This document shows positions 12,501 through 26,200 of a DNA stretch of 60,000 nucleotides, piece by piece. The stretch's first letter is position 1. The number at the start of each line of letters is the position of its first letter. Source of the DNA: Lytechinus pictus (lineage: Eukaryota). A model generated the notes under the pieces. It ran no database searches. It had not been told where the DNA came from and worked only from the letters and a program-made list of their open reading frames with translations. The stretch lies in contig NC_087263.1 in assembly GCF_037042905.1 (NCBI RefSeq), positions 10,418,001 to 10,478,000 of the forward strand. Direction: 5' to 3'. A program made the translations under genes and the position numbers.

Positions 12501-15500
12501 CATACTCTTATCAATTTTAAGATAAAAGATTATATCTTGAGAGCCTTTTAACTAGCCAGGGCCGAGCCATACAAAGAGTTTTGATTGGTCCAATCGATCT
12601 CATCTAGGGAAAATCATTGATATCGCATCTTTATCTAGATAGAGGAGATTTCCTACATATAGATCCCTTTGAACTTTCAGATTAAAATGGGTTGATTTCA
12701 TGGAAAATATTGTATGTTTGCAGATCTTAATTTAAATCTTTGCTTCTTATGTGAAAGCTGTGCAGATGTTGCAAGTTTTGTGCTCACTGTTTTAGCATGC
12801 ATTCATCATCCCTCTTCATCATCCCTCTTCATCATCGGTGCGGCTATTGCAGTTCGTGGTCACCTTGCGTTTGTGTACAGGTAGAAGTCTCTTGTGACAT
12901 TGTTGAAGGTGTACAGGTTTATGTGGTAAATACTGGCTCAAAATACTCAAAAGGACTTCTCCTCCACCCCTTTCCCCCTCTCATGCATATTCATTGGGTC
13001 AAAGGTCACACGAGGTTTGTATGCACATCAGATACCTTCTCAAAGACGACGTATCTAAGCAAGGTGGTCCCGCCCGGCGATGTCTTTATTCATGCTGGAA
13101 GCTTCAATAACATTGGCCTCCCAAGGGAAGTCACTGCATTTAATGAGTTTCTAGGTAAGTACATGTAGGAATGAACAGAGTCATGATGTATTGTGGATGA
13201 ATGACATCATGTCTTGTCTGTTATCATGCGACCTGATACAAAATTCCATAACCGATTTTGATGAAACTTGATATAATTTGTTCCTGTCACTTTACTCTTT
13301 CCAATAATTGCTTATTTTCATGGGTTTTGGTTCCCTTTAAACTTGTTTCCACTATGAATTAAAACTTTTCCACTTTTAACTGTTTTCCGCTATTTAGTTT
13401 TATGAAAAATAGAGATGAGAAAGGGGTCCTTTCCATCAGGGTTTGTGCCTTCAGACTATGTTGTATTAAAACAGTCAAGACACTGATCTGCTTTTTAGCC
13501 AATCAGAATGAAGCTTGTTTGTTTGAAACGCTCTCCTACTCACCAGCTAGTAGTACCGGTACTTTTTGGGTCAGACTGCTTTATACATTAGTACTGTACG
13601 ATACAAAGTGGCTTGGTCTATTAAAGGTCAAGTCCACCTCAGAAAATTGTTGATTTGAATCGATAGAGAAAAATCAAACTAGCATAACAGTGAAAATTTC
13701 ATCAAAATCGGATGTAAAATAAGAAAGTTATGACATTTTAAAGTTTCGGTTATTTTTCACAAAACAGTGATATGCACACCTAGGTGAGTCAGTCGATGAT
13801 GTCCATCACTCACTATTTCTTTTGTTTTTTATTGTTTGAATTATACAATATTTCATTTTTTATAGATTTGACAATAAGGACCAACTCGACTGAACCATAT
13901 ACAGTAGTATTAAACAATGCTAATTCCACATGTTCAGGGAGGAATTAATCGTTGTATCACTTGACAATGAGGAGAAAATTAGAATATTTCATATTTCATA
14001 TAATAAAATACAAAAGAAATAGTGAGTGGATGATGTCATAGTCTCCTCATTTGCATACCAGCCAGGATGTGCATATAACTGTTTTGTGAAATTAAGCAAA
14101 ACTTTAAAATGTCATAACTTTCTTATTTCACATCTGATTTTGCTGAAATTTTCAGTGTTATGCTTGTTGGATTTTTCTCTTTTATTCAAATCAACATTTT
14201 TCTGAGGTGGACTTGACCTTTAAGGATGATATTCAGCATTGATGGAATATTGATTTAATGCTATCGTGTGGTAACCATGAATTTGGTTTTGTTTTTATTT
14301 GTAATTACATGTAGGTTTGTTATCTTAGCTTATAAGCCTGTTCACGGTTGTAAACTGCGCACAAGCAGAAAAAGGTCATTTGAGATAAAACATGAAGGTG
14401 GCTTTCAAATTCACTGACATAGGCATTTGTGAGTTGATGATTATTCATGTATTTCTTTCAAAATATTCATTTTATCACATCTAAGCTGAAGAGTAATAAA
14501 TAGAGCCTTCATAATCACTGGTATTTGACAGTAGCCTAAACAAAAGTCAAATGTGCCAAAGGCAGACAATAAAACAGATTTCCAAACTTTATCCCTGATG
14601 TACTATTCTAGTCACCTGGTCTATACAATGCCTTTTGTTCTTAGAATTTGAATACTCTACCGTAAAGCTTACAACATCTACATTTGAAAATGATAGTGCT
14701 TATAAATCCTAATGAGAAATCACAAAGGTCATTTGAGAAAAGTTGATCATGAGCTAACCATGAACTGGCTTATTAAAGTACATGCAGCATGCAAATACAC
14801 CCCTAGACACTCACTTGCACTTTTGTGGGTCTTTAATATTCCCCAGGGCTGTACGAGTTCTGAACTTCACGATAAACTGGGTGTATTAAAGATAAATTAA
14901 AGTTGTAGGGACAATCTTAAAATGAATTTTTACAGAATTTAATATAATGATCACCAAAGTGTCTGTTTGTATTCATGAATAAAAAATATGTGCCAAAGGA
15001 TTCTGGAAGAAATTGTGTAATTGCTGAGAAATAAGCAAAATAAGCGCTGATTCTGTCACGTCCGTCTGGTCTTTTTTCCAGCAATAATACACTGTCTTGC
15101 GTGTGCCTATCTGTGTTGGCGATCTTCAGTGTGATCGTTTTTTAGCTTAGATATTATGATTTCACAAAGTTCAGTTTATGTAACTGTACCAAATGTAGAT
15201 CCACGATGATATAGTAATACTTAACCTTGGTTTTACAGACTTTCTCACGAAATCAGTATTTTACTGCAACTACTGTCATTTAGCTTTAAAACCTTGGAGA
15301 AAACTCATCATCCATAGTTCTTGAAGGAAATGCATGTTCATCTATGCCACATACATAGTGAATTACCTTGTGCGCTGAACTAATCAAGCATCTTGTGGTT
15401 TCTTTATGTATACAGAATATAAATGTATCATTTGATGCAATCTTGTTTTAATCGAAATGAAAGAAAACCTACCTGTATGTGTACATACATGTACATGTAC

Positions 15501-15980
15501 CAATTTTACTCGTTAAATTACATCTACTGTTTTGGAAAGAAAATGAGGAAAGAAAAAGTGAGAAAATGACTGTACAAATTTGAAATACAGAAATTGCTTC
15601 AATTGATCGAGTGAAGTGATTTGTATTAGCCATAAGAATTTCAAAATGCTTCAAAATATGACTGTTCTTTTTAAATTAAAATTTAATTTTCATTTGTTAT
15701 GTTAACACTACTCTTCAGTTTATGACCCAGTTACATGGACCCAATAGTGCAATTTACTTTTATTGTAGGACAGCCCTTCTCCCATTATGTGAGATGTAAA
15801 AGATGAATAGTGACAGTTATATTAACCCTTGAAAGTGAAACTGATAGCATTAACGGTACATGTACACTGTAGACACGTTTCTTGGATATTACCTCATCAA
15901 CATCATATTTATCATCACCATCGTCACATTCTTTTTCTTCTACCAGTACTTCTTTATCATCTTCATCATCACCATCATCG

Positions 15981-16042
<62 letters not shown>

Positions 16043-16364
16043 TTCACCTTCACCATCATCATTATCATCTTCACTATCATCTTCACCATCATCATTATCA
16101 TCTTCACCATCATCATTATCATCTTCACCTTCACCATCATCATCTTCACCATCATCATCATCATTGTCATCATCATCATCATCATCACCATCATCACATT
16201 CTATTTCTTCTACCCTTCTATCATCTTCATTACCGTCTTCAACATCATTTCCACCATTATCATCGTTACACCATCATGATCATCTTCTTCCTCGTCATCA
16301 TCACCACCATTATCATCATCGTCATCATGATCATCTTCACCACCACTCCCAATATCATCATCAA

Positions 16365-16434
<70 letters not shown>

Positions 16435-16756
16435 TTCACCTTCACCATCATCATTATCATCTTCACTATCATCTTCACCATCATCATTATCATCTTCACC
16501 ATCATCATTATCATCTTCACCTTCACCATCATCATCTTCACCATCATCATCATCATTGTCATCATCATCATCATCATCACCATCATCACATTCTATTTCT
16601 TCTACCCTTCTATCATCTTCATTACCGTCTTCAACATCATTTCCACCATTATCATCGTTACACCATCATGATCATCTTCTTCCTCGTCATCATCACCACC
16701 ATTATCATCATCGTCATCATGATCATCTTCACCACCACTCCCAATATCATCATCAA

Positions 16757-16823
<67 letters not shown>

Positions 16824-17258
16824 TTCACCTTCACCATCATCATTATCATCTTCACTATCATCTTCACCATCATCATTATCATCTTCACCATCATCATTAT
16901 CATCTTCACCTTCACCATCATCATCTTCACCATCATCATCATCATTGTCATCATCATCATCATCATCACCATCATCACATTCTATTTCTTCTACCCTTCT
17001 ATCATCTTCATTACCGTCTTCAACATCATTTCCACCATTATCATCGTTACACCATCATGATCATCTTCTTCCTCGTCATCATCACCACCATTATCATCAT
17101 CGTCATCATGATCATCTTCACCACCACTCCCAATATCATCATCATCAACATCATCAATATCATCATTATCATCATCAACATCATCATCATTCATCATCAT
17201 CATCATCATCAACATCATCATCATCATCATCGCCATCATCATTATCACCATCATCATT

Positions 17259-17293
<35 letters not shown>

Positions 17294-20200
17294 TATCATC
17301 ATTATCATCATCATTATCATCATTATCATCATCATCTTCATCATCACCATCACCATCGTCACATTCTTTTCTTCTACTTCTTTATCATCTTCATTATCAT
17401 CTTAAACATCATTACCACCATTATCATCGTTATACCATCATGATCATCGTCTTCTTCGTCATCAACACCACCATCATGATGGTGATCATCATAATCATCT
17501 TCACCACAACCACCACTATCATCATCATCATCTTCACCTTCACCATCATCATTATCATCATTATCATCATCATTATCATCATCTTCATCACCATCATTAT
17601 CATCATGGTCATCATCATCATCACCATCATTAAAGGGATGGTCCGGGCTGAAAATACTTATATCTTAATACATAGAGTAGAATTCACTGAGCAAAATGCC
17701 GAAAAAATCATCAAAATCGGATAACAAATAATAAAGTTATTGAAGTCTAAGGTTTAGCAATATTTGTGAAAACAGCCGTCATGAATATTCATTAGGTGGG
17801 CTGATCATGTGATGTCACATCTCCACTTTCCATTTTCTTATGTTATTACATAAAATCATATTTTTGTCATTATTTTATACTTATAATATGTCTCCCTTAT
17901 CATGAAATAAGTTGCAGCAATAAGTATCTAATGCACTAAATTAGTTGTCAATCCAATTTTTCTAGTTCTTGGAGAAAAAAATTTGAATAAACCTAATTTC
18001 ATATAATGAAATACAAAAGAACAAGTGGGATGTGACATCATCAGCCTACCTAATGAATATTCATGACGACTATTTTTACAAAATATTGCTAAACTTTAAA
18101 ATTCAATAACTTTCTTATTTGTTATCCGTTTTTGGTGAAATTTTTGGCATTTTGCTCAGTGAATTGTACTCTTTTAAGTTATAAATACTTTCAGCCCGGA
18201 CCATCCCTTTAACATCTTGGTCATCAACGTCATCTTGTCTCACAGGCCTCACCATCGGCCAGAGCTTGGAATGGTGATGCTCTGCTGGGGTTCAGCTGTG
18301 TATGCAAATCTTATTTACTTGAACCCTAGCCATTGGTCTTTATTCCTTGGAACTAGAATCAAATGTAATTCACTACAAGCCTGCAAAGCAATGAACACTC
18401 TAAGTGCCAGCCTATCTTATAGGAGGAGACTTTGGTTTAATAGCTTTGCTGTAATATGTTAATTGTAAGAAATGCTACTGGTGCGGAAGACTACGCACCG
18501 TGACTGAAGCAGCCACCGCCTACATGTTAGATGTTTTCTTTTTATCGACCAGGGCCCCCGTCTTACAAAGAGTTACGATTGATCCAATCAATCATAACTG
18601 TATGGAAATCCATCAGTGTCATATTTTTTTACAGGAAATTTGCACAATGTCCTTGGTAAACAAAGAGAGGCACAGTGAATTTTCAAGAAAACAATGAATG
18701 CATATTTATAAATCATATACTTTAGAAAATATCTTTAACAAACATGTATACTAGATGTTAATGTTGCTGGCCGTCCATAGTTGCGATTGATCAGATCAAT
18801 CACAACTCTTTGTAAGATGGGGCCCCTGAACTCGTTCTCACAGTGATGGTATTTTGTACCTTAAAAATAGCACAAATAGCATTTGAACATTAGAAGAGCA
18901 CATTAAAAATAATTCAACAAAATGACAGATTTCATTTGATAATTTTCGCGTCACATTTTATATGCAAAGTACATTTTTGTGAACAATCAGAGTCTGTGCG
19001 TGTAGACTAATCAACTGTCTGGCTCCGTGTTGACACTGACCTGGGAAATGCACTGTGGAGTAAAGTTCCCAGGTGAGCTTCCCAGGTACTCTGCTACATT
19101 CTCTACATAGCTCAGATCAGTTTAATATTTAATGGTTTTGGTCACACTTCCATCCATCCATCCACATGTTCAGAACTATGAGAAATTTCTGAGAGACCAA
19201 AGGAAAAATTAGACTAAGACATGCCTGTTCTTCTAAAAGAGTTTAATTTGGTCTAAACACTTCATGGAGGGCACATTATAATACATTGATAATGATTTCC
19301 AAATATACCATCTCTCTACATCATCATCATCACTAATAGATAAATAAATAAATTTAAATCATCATCATCAACAACATACGCGGGCGCGTAGTGGTCTAGT
19401 GGTTCTGACTCTCGCATTTCAAACAGAAGGTCATACAGGTAGGTTTGAATCCTAGCCATGGCGTGTTTTCCTTCAGCAAGAAATTTATCCCCACTGCTGC
19501 ACTCGACCCAGGTGAGGTGAATGGGTACCCCCAGGGGAGGGGGGGGGTACTCACATAATAAGGCATACAGGGATGTGCCACTGGAATGGGTTGCTTTTTG
19601 GAAGAAATCCCTAAACATGGGGTATGGTTTTATGCTGGAAATCCCCAAATATGGCCTCAATGTTTAGATACTGGCCTTAAACATGGGTCTATATTCTCCT
19701 CCAATGTCTTAGGTGTAAATATTCCTGCAAATCCGGGATCGAAAAGCCCGGTCTGGGTAAAAATGTTGGAAACCATCTGCTGTTTCATCAAAGTGTATAA
19801 TAAATCCTGTACAATGGGTTGCCTTTTCCCGGGCGGCTCCCCCTTGAACGTGATAATTAAAAACGACCTGGAACCAGAACAGCGTACGCATGAACATACT
19901 TCTGCTTAAGCAATGAACAAAGAATCACACGGATGATCGCAACTTAGGCTAAACTAACATTTTCTCAAAGGCGAGGTTACTGCGAGTCAAAATCACAGTA
20001 CGTACAGGGAAAGAGAGAAACAAAACACATTTTTGAATGGAAATTGAAAGTTATTTGTTTGATGAATTCCTAAACCCACCCTTAAACATGGCCCCTTTTT
20101 GGATGAAACTCCCTAATATTGGGTACCTTTTTAGCCAAAATGAACCTTGAATATGGCTATGGGTTTTGAGCCTTCAGCCGCACACCCCCGTCCAAACTAC

Positions 20201-23200
20201 TGGGCAGGATTAATTCCTTGAATGCACGAGCGCTGAAAGGTAGCTCGAGCTAATGCCGGGGTAATAAACAATGCGCCTCGGAATAGATTGTTTGTAGATA
20301 GATGGCGCTGTACAAATGCCTATTATTATCATATTATCCCCATCATCATCATAATTATCAACATTGCCATCATCATCATCATCACCACCATCATTTTAAT
20401 TATCATCATCATAAAACAATATTCTTTTCGTCATGAAAGGCTGAGCCTGAGCTCAGGGAAAATGCTTTGTATAATTTTGCCAGCATGTTGTCAATATTGA
20501 CAAATTCCCTTTTCTTGTGCCTCTACAAGGAAGAGGATAAATTATTCATTGAATATTTGTAATTCATATAAAGTTGTTTTTATTCTTTTCCTTTTACTTC
20601 CAAAACTCACTATATTCTAGCTTTAAAAGCTTTAAAACATTGAGCATTAAATGAATTGTGCCCAAGATTAAGATTTAGGCAAGAAGTAGGTCGGTTCGGT
20701 GTATGTTGGCCTCCTGTTCAACGCTCTTGAATGCATTATGTTGCCATGACAATGCCTAGGGCTTCTTACCCTGCCCTTATATACTTCACATTTTCTCTGT
20801 CAGTAAAGCTTTGAAGGTGAAGATGTCCTTGATGTTGTGCACGTTGTATACAATGCTCTTAATCTAGAGACTGCATTTGGACTTCAGGAGAGAGAAAGAG
20901 GAGAAAGGGAGAGAGAGAGAGAGAGATGGGATTGTGCTTTAATGCTGAAAAAAAGAAGACAACAAGAACAGAAGATGTTGTGGAGATAGGAGAACAAGAA
21001 GGAGGAGGAGGAAAATTTCAGGCAAAAAAAAGGAGGAGAATGAAGAAGAGGAGAAGGATGGGGAAGGAGAAGAAGAAGTGAAAGAAGGAGGAGGAAAATA
21101 AACAGAAGAAAGAGATGGGGAAAAGAGGAGGAGAATGAAGGAGAGGGTAAGAAGGAGAGGAGGAGGGGGAGAAGAAGAAGAAAAAGGAGAAGAAGAAGAA
21201 GAAGAAGGAGAAGAAGGCTGAGAAGAAGAAAAAGGAGAAGAAGAGGACGAAGAAGAAGAAGGAGGAGAAGAAGAAGAAGGAGAAGAAGAAGAAGGAGAAG
21301 AAGAAGAAGGAGAAGAAGAAGAAGGAGGAGGAGGAATGAAGGGGGAAAAGAAGAGAGAGAGAAAGAAAGAGTAAAACATATCCTTGGGGAAGGTTGACAA
21401 CTTGACTCTCGGTTTCCGGTGAGGTTTTATTGATTTGTCTAGAGTTTTCTTGCAGATGTATCAAAGTTGCGAGGGGTGGAAAAAAAGCGTGTGAATTTCA
21501 AATACCTGGGGACCATAGCTTTAGTACAAAATTCTCTTCCTCCGGAAGTTGCCTTGTATTTGATTGAACAAAGATAGAGAAAGCCTCGAAAAAAGGGGAT
21601 TTTACTAGTGGATATAAAGGCGAATGATTTAAAAGGCAATTTCCTTGAAGATATGTCCTTGCTCTTGATTCATTGGAAGGTTATTGGAAGGTGCACATGA
21701 CAAGTGCTTAGTCAGATTGAATACATGTACTTGGAAAATAACCGGGGGGGGGGGGGGGGCTTCTTTATTAAAGTATAAATGTATGATACGTATGTGCCGT
21801 GGTTGAGACCCCCATTTTCAGCCTAAATTTCCTTTTTAGAGCATCACCAATTTAGAAAGCCATTGAAGGAGAAGGAGGAGGAGAAAGAAAAGAAAAAAAC
21901 ATATTGAGGATGAGAGTTAGAGGACAAAGATAGAAAAGATAAGAATGAATGAAGGGGAAAAAGAAGAGAGAGAGAGAGAGAAAGAAAGAGTAAAAATTAT
22001 CCTTGGGAAGGTTGACAACTTGACTCTCGGTTTCCGGTGAGGTTTTATTGGTTAGATAATTCTCTGCAATTGCATTTATTTTTTGTGCTTTTCCCATTAG
22101 ACACAATTACAATGAATTAAATTGAATTGAATAACATGATTATAAAAGTATAAACTAGGCAAAAAAAAGATGGGTCTTAATACAAGTGGCAAATCATTCT
22201 AGTATTATGAAGCCAACAAAGTAATAGTTCTATCGCTAGCTGATGTACGAGGAAATGTAAATGTGCGGCGAAGAGGATCACTAGTCGACCTAAGTGCTGT
22301 ACAGTTGGTGTATAGTCAAGCATTTACTTAAAGGACAAGTCCACCCCAACGAAAAGTTGATATGAACAAAAAGAGAAAAATCCGACAAGCATAACACTGA
22401 AAATTTCATCAAAATTGGATGTAGAATAAGAAAGTTATGACATTTTAAAGTTTTGCGTAATTGCAACAAAACATGCTTATCCTGGTTGGTATGCAAATGA
22501 GGAGAATGATGTCTTCCACTCACTATTTCTTTTGTATTTTATTATATGAAATAGGAAATATCCTAATTTTCTCCTCATTGTCAACTGAAACAATGATTAA
22601 TTCCTCCCTGAAACTGTGGAATTAGCATTGTTTGATACTAAATGGTTCAGTCAACTTGGTCCTTATTGTCAAATATGTAAAAAATGAAATATTGTATAAT
22701 TCAAACAATAAAAGACTAAAGAAATATTGAGTGAAGGACATCATCGACTGTCTCATTTGCATGTTATCGAATTGTGCATACATATATCACTATTTTGTGA
22801 AAAAAAGTGAAACTTTAAAATGTCATAACTTTCTTTTTTTACATCCGATTTTGATGAAATTTTCAGTGTTATATTAGTTTGATTTTTAGCAGGGCCCGCT
22901 GGGAGAACAGTTTTCGGAACTGAAGCGGCTACCCTGGGTAAATATACCGCTATTATTATTATTATTATTATTTTTTCTACTTATTCAAATCAACATTTTT
23001 CTGTGATGGACTTGACCTTTAAATACTCTGGAGCCTGTTGATTTTTTATGATAAAGTGTTTTATAGAAATTCAAGAGCAATTCACCCTGTTTCAAAGGAA
23101 GTCAATGTCAGGATTTTTTATTTTTTTTAGGGGGGAGTTGAAAATTACCCCAGGACACCAGTAAAATTTAAAGATGATTGAACTATAATCAGCTTTATAT

Positions 23201-26200
23201 TTTTGACACTGAGCGGTGCACCCCTGATTGTGTTTATGCTCTGTGTATTGTATTTTGCGTTTTCAATCATGATTTTGTCGAAATTTGAATATTGACATTG
23301 AACACACCCTTATTCTGACCCAGGGATATTTTTAATCTTGATTATGATTGGGAAAAGTCCCGGGGGGGGGGGGGGGCACTTCCATTGACGAGTGGATACC
23401 ATGCGCGACCATGGGGTTTGAAAAGCACCCTAAACATGTATTTTCCATATTCTGAAAATGCACCCCTTAACAAGTATTGGCGTGTGAAACCCTACCCTTA
23501 ACAAGTATTGGAAACAAAACGATACTCTTGGCAAGTATTCCCTGAATTTGAACCCCTAAACAAGTACAGCGATACTTCAATTATTATGCCACGGACGACG
23601 TTTACCTACATCATTGGATTTTGTACAGCCCAACCTCCCAACATCTCGCGCAAATTGTACTCTAAACACGTAGTGTTGACTTGTTGGGCAAAAAGTACAT
23701 CCTTTATAAAACATTTTAGTCTTAATTTTGTATACCCTCGCAAATTTGACCCTAAACACGTAGTTTTCCTATCGAAAATAGATACCCTTTTTCATAATTT
23801 TAGTGTTTTTGACATCCTTATTATGTTACGTACGTAACGTGCCCTATCTTGAAAAAGACATCCTTTTTACATGTTTTTTTGGTCGCGCATGGTATCCACT
23901 CGTCAATGTAAGTGGCCCCCCCCCCCGGGGGAAAAGTGTAAAGCCCCAGTAACATCGTTCCCTGCAAGCCTTGTGTGTGACTTGCAGGTAACTATTCTTG
24001 CTACCCGCAGGTCACCCGCATTGACAGTACCTCGCACGCATCTCACACACAGAAGCGCATGCAAGTCTGATTTGTCTGATACTTCTGTATACTGCTCTTC
24101 CAAACCCCCCCTTCCAATTTACCAATCTTTCTTTCATCATCCTTCACTTTATTCTATGATTTTCTTCTATTTCCTTTAATACATGTAATATCAGTGGCGT
24201 ACCGTGGGTCACCAGCAAAAATTTCGGGTCACTTAGGGAGCGCGCGAAGCGCGCTCAGTTGTCAGGTATACTGACCTGATAGAGATATTTTAAGGACATG
24301 CAGTGCCATTAAACGGATATGTATCTCACTGATTAAATAATGCGAGCGCGAAGCGCGAGCTGAACATTTTTGATATTCAGAGCTAAAAATGGACATTATA
24401 AGCAAATTGTTTTGTAATCATGATACTTAACTGTCTCGCTAAACAAACAATGCGAGCGCGAAGCGCGAGCTAAAATTTTTGTATATATTGACCCTAAACA
24501 AGGAAATTTTAAGGATTATATTTTAGAATCCATTAAGAGTATAAATATCTCACCATAGCCATCTAATGCTAGTGCCATCCCTTGCTGATTTTGTTAGAAT
24601 TACATCTAAACACAGTCATGAAGTACCTTTTGTAGTCATTGTAATCATGATTATCATATGCATCTTACCTATCAAATACTGCAAGCGCAAAAGCGCGAGC
24701 TGAAAAATTTAGGAAATATAGACCTGAAGAGGGGCATTCTAAGGGTTGTTTGTAGGAATTCTCTAAGACCCTACGTATTTGACTAACTAAATGATGCGAG
24801 CGCGAAGCGCGAGCTGAAATTTTTGTATATATTGACCCCAAACATGGATATTTTAAGGACTATAGTTAGGAATCCAAGTCAGAGTATACATATCTCACCA
24901 TAGTCATCTAATGCGAGTGCCAAGCGCTTGCTGATTTTGTTAGAATTACCTCTAAACACATGAAGCACTTTTTGAAGTCATTGTAATCATGATTATTATA
25001 CGCATCTCACTAATGAAATACTGCGAGCGCGAAGCGCGAGCTGAAAATCTAGGAAATTCAGACATGAAGAGGGGCATTCTAAGGCTTGTTTGTAGGAATT
25101 CACTAAGACCCCACGTATTTCACTAACCAAATGATGCGAGCGCGAAGCGTGAGCTAAAAATTTTGATATTCAGATCAGAAAAATTGACATTTTAAGGACT
25201 GATTTTAGGAGTTCATGAAGAGCAGATATCTCACCAATCTAACGTTAGCACAGACAGGAAATGCTTTATATTATAACCTTAAAATGGGGCAATCACTTTC
25301 AGTAGTCATGAAAAAGAAGAATATATCATTACTTAAAACAATAATAACTCTAATTGCGAGGAAATATATTATTTTGTTGTATATTGATTTGAAAACGGGA
25401 GGCTTTAGTACAACAGGTTGATATATCTCGTTAAACAGTCTATGCGAGCACCAGGAACAATGAAGACACAATTAAGCAAATAATGTTTAATAAAGTTATG
25501 AAAAAATGCTTATGTTATACTGTATAACATAATATAATATAACACTATAATGAACAACAATTTCTTCTTTCTCCACTACGTTTCTCTTCCTTTTTCCCTC
25601 TTTTTCTCCTTTTCCCCCTTTTTTTTTTTTTTTTTTTTGCCAGCCGATTGGGGGGGCACGTGCCCCCCCCATGCCCCCCCGTAGTTACGCCACTGTGTAA
25701 TATGATAATGTATCTTTAAAGGAGAATGAAACCCTTGAATCCAGCTGAATCCATATCAAAGAGAAAAATCAAAGAAACATATTGTTGAAAGTTTGAGGAA
25801 AATTGAATGAATAATAAGAAAGTTATGAGCATTTGAATATTGAGATCACTTATGCCATGTAGATCCTCCCATTGGCAATGCGACCAAGATCTGTGATGTC
25901 ACACACGAACAACTCCCTCATTACTTTAGTACTTATTTCACTTATATTCTCACTTTTATAGAGTCTATCACAGGGTGAGGTGTTCTCTTTATGAGAGGAC
26001 AAGTACAGAGGTTTCACAACATTATATCATTGATGAATGGTTTGTCATATGTTTAGAATGAGCAAAAAGAGATATTTTGGGGTATATTTTCAGTGTCCAA
26101 AAGGGGAGAGTTGTTCATCTGTGACATCATAGATCTTGGTCGCATTGCCAATGGGAGGATCTCCATAGCATTAGTGATCTCGACATTCAAATGCTCATAA

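Noticed and set aside
15829..17724. Long poly-His/Ser/Ile/Met ORFs (up to 392 aa)
   Set aside because: They are translations of the (ATC)n satellite in several frames, with no splice or domain support.
20939..21464. Poly-Ser/Phe ORFs on the minus strand
   Set aside because: Low-complexity GAA/GGA tract.
21455..21580. Possible third alternative or terminal MPPED exon after TTTTCTTGCAG
   Set aside because: The phase-1 reading has no similarity to exon 3 and stops after about 40 codons; no other support.
24240..25160. Regularly spaced GCGAGCGCGAAGCGCGAGC repeats resembling a CRISPR array
   Set aside because: The spacers are themselves homologous, the array lies inside a TIR/TSD-bounded transposon, and the context is eukaryotic with no cas genes.
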